From Pocillopora damicornis (Eukaryota), in NCBI RefSeq assembly GCF_003704095.1, contig NW_020846461.1, positions 310,001 through 374,000 of the forward strand: 64,000 nt of DNA, given 5' to 3'. The translations under genes were made by a program, and so were the position numbers. Every line of letters starts with the position of its first letter. Position 1 is the first letter of the stretch. Positions 59,801 to 64,000 of this stretch are shown one piece after another. Below the pieces are notes generated by a model. That model had not been told where the DNA came from, did not search any database, and saw only the letters and a program-made list of their open reading frames with translations.

Positions 59801-61947
59801 GCCTTTGTGTCTCACCATCTATCAGGACATCAATTCAAGGACAAATCATACCTTCACAATTGCTTTGATTCAGCACAGCTAAAATTTACTTCACAAAACT
59901 GTACAAGATATTTTTATATTTCAGTACTTCAATTTAAGACTAATATTGCACCATTTGTGGCTGAGTGAATTTCCTGATCCTTAGATGAAAATTTCTGGTA
60001 GAAATACAGTACGTGTTCACCGAGGGTTAACATACCTGAACATCTGGAGAAATACACTCCAATGCTTTCTGTATGACGCGACATCCATACATTTGTAAGG
60101 CAAGAGGCAGCACATGTCCCCGAATGCAGTTGGCAAGGTGATGCTTCTGTTCAGGACTCCCAAACTCAAAGAACTTCTGTATAACATAGTTTCCAAACAC
60201 ATCAGTCATCAAGCTGTAAGCAGCTGGGAGGATTTCATGAAAAACCATCTGCTTTTCAGTAGGAGAAGCACGTTCTAATTTTTGCTGGATAAATCTTGAA
60301 CCATGTTGGTCCTGTGAGAATTCCACAATGTGATTTGCCAAGTCACGCAGCTGGATGTTGGGATAGCGATTATTACGGAAGTCTTCTAAAAGCCTACTTC
60401 TCCCTGTTTCTTTACCTCTTGATCCTCTAAAGCTACCAACACCTAAAGCTGAGCTGCCATATTGCATTCCACCTAGTCCACCAAGTGATCCCTGATATTT
60501 TGTAGGAGTATCTCTGGGAGCAGCTGCAAGTTGCATGTAACGAGAGAGTCCATTGGATAAGGGGCTTCCTACAGTGAAGCCTGACTGTCCGCCATATGCT
60601 GACTGACCACCAAACCCTGACTGTCCCTGTGAAAGAAGAGGAGGTGTTGGCAGCTCCTGGGGAGTATTGTAAGATGGTTGTGCTGAGATTGACAAACTTG
60701 CAAGGCTGCTTACAGCACCCGGGGTTGTATAGTACTGGGTGATTCCTGCCCGTTTGCCATATTCAGTAGCATTCATAGAATCTCTTCTAGTTCCTCCACC
60801 TGGAATGGTACCAACAGCCCCAACTCCAGACGAGCCTCCCACAACACCTCCCAGCATACCCAGAGCACTGCTATTCAATTGTGGCTGTTGCTGCTGTTGT
60901 CCAAACAGCCCTAATGTTGACGCACCACCCATTGAGCTGGCATTTCCCAGTCGTCCTCCAGTGACAGAATTGGCACCTGCATTCTGGGCATTTACCACTA
61001 CTGGTGATACCATTCTGAGGGCTCCCATCTGACTAGCTGCCATTTGTGCTGTTGCCATATTGTTAACATTTTGTGTATTCCCTAGCACCAAGTTCCCAGA
61101 CTGATCATAGTAAGCAGTAGTTCCTAGTCCCAAAGGGGCTGCCCCAGCTGGAGCTACTAGCTGGTAGTTAGTTCCAGAAGATGCAGCAGCCATTGCCTGT
61201 TGCTGGTGTGATGGCGGAGTCCCAATAATCTCCACCTGTCCCTGCATAGGCCGTCCAGTCATCCCACCCGAGTTAGAGCGGAGCAGCTGAGCATGCTGTT
61301 GTTGTTGTTGCTGTTGTTGCTGTTGAAGGTATCCTCCTGTACCTGATGCTCCAGCTGCAGAATACACACCCCATGGTTGAACACTATAAGCTGCATATTG
61401 AGGATGGACCACCTGATGGGCACCGCCACTGACTGCAGCAAGTGAAGGATTACCATATGGATCTTGGGATGGTGGTGCTGTGATGAAGTATGGGTTTGGA
61501 TGGCCAATACCAGTGGATTGCAAGCCAGACTGCAATCCAAGTTGTTGCTGTTGTTGTTGCTGTTGCTGTTGTTGCTGTTGTTGAGCAGCCATTGCTAATG
61601 CCAACTGATGTTGTGTCAAGTGAAGTGACTGACCATGCTGAGAGGGAGCATTATGGCTTTGTAAAGATGCTCCAGAGACCATAACAAAATCTGATGGACT
61701 TGTAGGAGTACCCACCACAGGCTCTCTCTGGGGTGCAAATGAAAGTTGCTCCAGTGGTACACTTTCCAGAGGATCTATTAATGCCACAGGCGTGACAATA
61801 TCTTCCATAGCATCAGACTGTTTGAAGGGTTTGGCTTTGTTCTGACCCACTGGTTGCTGTGTGGGCAGCTGTGTTTGGGTGGTCTGCTGAGCATCTTGAT
61901 GTTGAGGGCCTGAAGTAGGAGATGGTTGTCTACTGCCAGGAGTTCGG
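56864..61947 (-). CDS. PUM: Pumilio homolog (PUF RNA-binding protein); 5' exons upstream or outside the window
   Basis: Exons 60036-61947, 59093-59230, 58251-58498, 57931-58014, 56864-57095. PUM-HD: [95 protein letters not shown]. Confidence 0.97.
61297..61583 (-). repeat. Two CAA/CAG polyglutamine tracts in the Pumilio low-complexity N-terminal region
   Basis: Gln runs at ~61297-61325 and ~61541-61583. Confidence 0.9.
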
Positions 61948-64000
61948 CTAAAAAAAGAAACAAGTGAAATGTTATGTGGAATTGCTTATCTCCTCATGCA
62001 TTTCTAACCAGCAAGAACCATCAATTTCAGGATTCAAACCTGGGAAACGACAGTTAGGAAACTAATAGGAGCAAATCAAAGACAATTTTTGACACAATTT
62101 GAAAAATTCTGGAAAATCACCAGGGTTTCAGAGGCAATTAGCTTTCTTCATGCAGGCTCTCTTCATGTGAAAGTCAGTTTGCAGATGTCTTATTCCCAAC
62201 ACAAAAGAGGTACCAGATGTTTGCTTGACACTGAGGTAAAGTAATAAAAACCATAACTATTAATTTAGGGTTAGGGGTTATTGTTATTGGTGGTGGTTTG
62301 TTTCAATTCTCACAGAAAACTAAGTTATTGTCACTAAAATTTAATTGCCAAGAACTAAAGATTACTTATCCCAAAAACAATCACAAGCATAATAGTACCC
62401 TGCATATGCCAGAAGTTTTGCATACATTTTCTCCATGTCACGTTTCTAGAATTTCTCCAAAGAAACTGTCTGCCTTTAAAACTTTGCACAATTACAAACT
62501 GCCGATCCCATGTAACCTCCAAACAAAAATCTATGAATTTTCTTTCTTCATTTTTCTTTTGGAGGTGGGGAGAAGGTTGGGAATAATGTGAAGTGTGAAC
62601 AATTTAAAATACTAAAATGCATAACATTTTCTGTAACTTTGAGAATATTATAATGTGCAATATTTGACTCAAGTTATCTTTGGGACAACAGATATCTTGT
62701 TCACCAATCTTTGTCAATGATCAATACTAAACTCACTCCAACTTTTTCATTCTTTTTTTTTTCCAATCTGTACAAGTGCACTGTTAGAATGCATGATGTA
62801 AAAAGCATTTGAACACCCCTCTAGACTTATGCTAACACAAAAAAATAAGTATTGCAGAGACAATCAGGTTAAGAAGCATGATCCTAACTGAAACAGCTGC
62901 CCTTGAGAGAGCAGATATTCTTGGAACTCAAAAGTTCAAAAGATTTTTAATGATGTTCCCCTAACGAGATTCCTCCGCAAATGATGTTATTGCAAACAAA
63001 CCATCTACTAAAACTATATTTCTGATGAAACAGGAAACAGGTGACCAGAAGGCATACCTTATAGTGCTACACATGCAAATTGACTTGCAAACATCACAAG
63101 TTGAAAGCCATGCTTGTGTTTTAGAAAATTTCAAACCTACATTTGTCCATCTACCAGGACTTCTAAAAATTTTCAAAGATATTGAAAAAACCAGTTTCTA
63201 GCAACCTCAACTCAAAGTCTTACAGAAAATGAAATTCAGACAAAATTTATGAATAAATCATAAACTTGATTCAACAATGAGCTGCTGGAGCTGCATTAAT
63301 TACTTAAGTTCTGCAATGCCAAGGTCAAGGTATTCTGGAGAATAACTTGATAATTTCAAGGATTGAGGCTCAAGTCAAGTTGCAAGACTTTCAAATGGAG
63401 TTTCCAGGCTTTTCAGACAAGAAAAGAAAGGGATTTTCATGCAACTAATTGTTCACTTAAAGCTTTTTACCTTATGCCTAACTAATGGGTAAAAATCCTA
63501 ACAGCATGGATCCTGCCCAATACAAAGATTAGAGTTTCTATATTAAGTGTCTTTTTTCCATTACAACTAGGCTTGAACCAGTTTACTGCTGATCTAAAAG
63601 TAAGCTCTCTAATTACTTTGACAGTTTAAGCAACAAGCTCAGAAAGATACTTCCTACATAGCTAAGTTCTCTGCCATACTGAAACTTTCCTTTATTTACA
63701 CCTTTCCTGTTTCAGCTTACACTACAGTCACTTATCCAAGACAATCTTGACCACCTTCAACAAGAAATATATCATTGCAGAATCATTGAAAACTAACTAG
63801 TTTGTCTGCATAAAATTAAGGTATGACACCAAAAAGTTCTTTAAGCTTTAAAACTCAAAACAGGATTTCTGTTACTTGATTCTTGAGAGTTTTTTCCCTC
63901 TAAAGCTGCCACATTCAATTAATTTTCCTTTCAAGTTTGAATTTGGTAATGTAACTGAGGGCTGAATGACAATAGCACTGTCAGCACCTAGGAAGCACAG

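Noticed and set aside
62268-62280. TTAGGG-like motif as a telomeric relic
   Set aside because: Only about two units; compatible with chance.

Overview
Eukaryotic (animal) genomic DNA with GT-AG introns and eight 100-N scaffold gaps. Gene and repeat content point to a stony coral, possibly a pocilloporid; this is inference. Positions 1-21.3 kb are an unstable accessory array. It is built from repeated copies of one convergent module: intronless TPR-CHAT protease gene -> ~1.2-1.9 kb shared spacer <- intronless mitochondrial-clan cytochrome P450. There are three TPR-CHAT copies (one near-intact with a single frame break, one decayed, one gap-truncated) and seven P450 fragments, all disabled or truncated. 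The array carries a solo LTR, a LINE ORF1 fragment, TTAA MITEs, a long inverted repeat and an intact-looking type I hammerhead ribozyme core at 18883-18916. Positions 27-64 kb are an ordinary intron-rich region: an orphan single-exon disordered ORF, MCCC2 (-), a divergently transcribed C21orf58/DUF4587-like gene (+), a peflin-like penta-EF-hand gene (-) and the 3' part of Pumilio (-). The best leads are the hammerhead-bearing insertion, the TPR-CHAT protease with near-identical 120-nt repeats that vary at a few codons, and the repeated TPR-CHAT/P450 module. Relative contig orientation across the gaps cannot be verified from the sequence.
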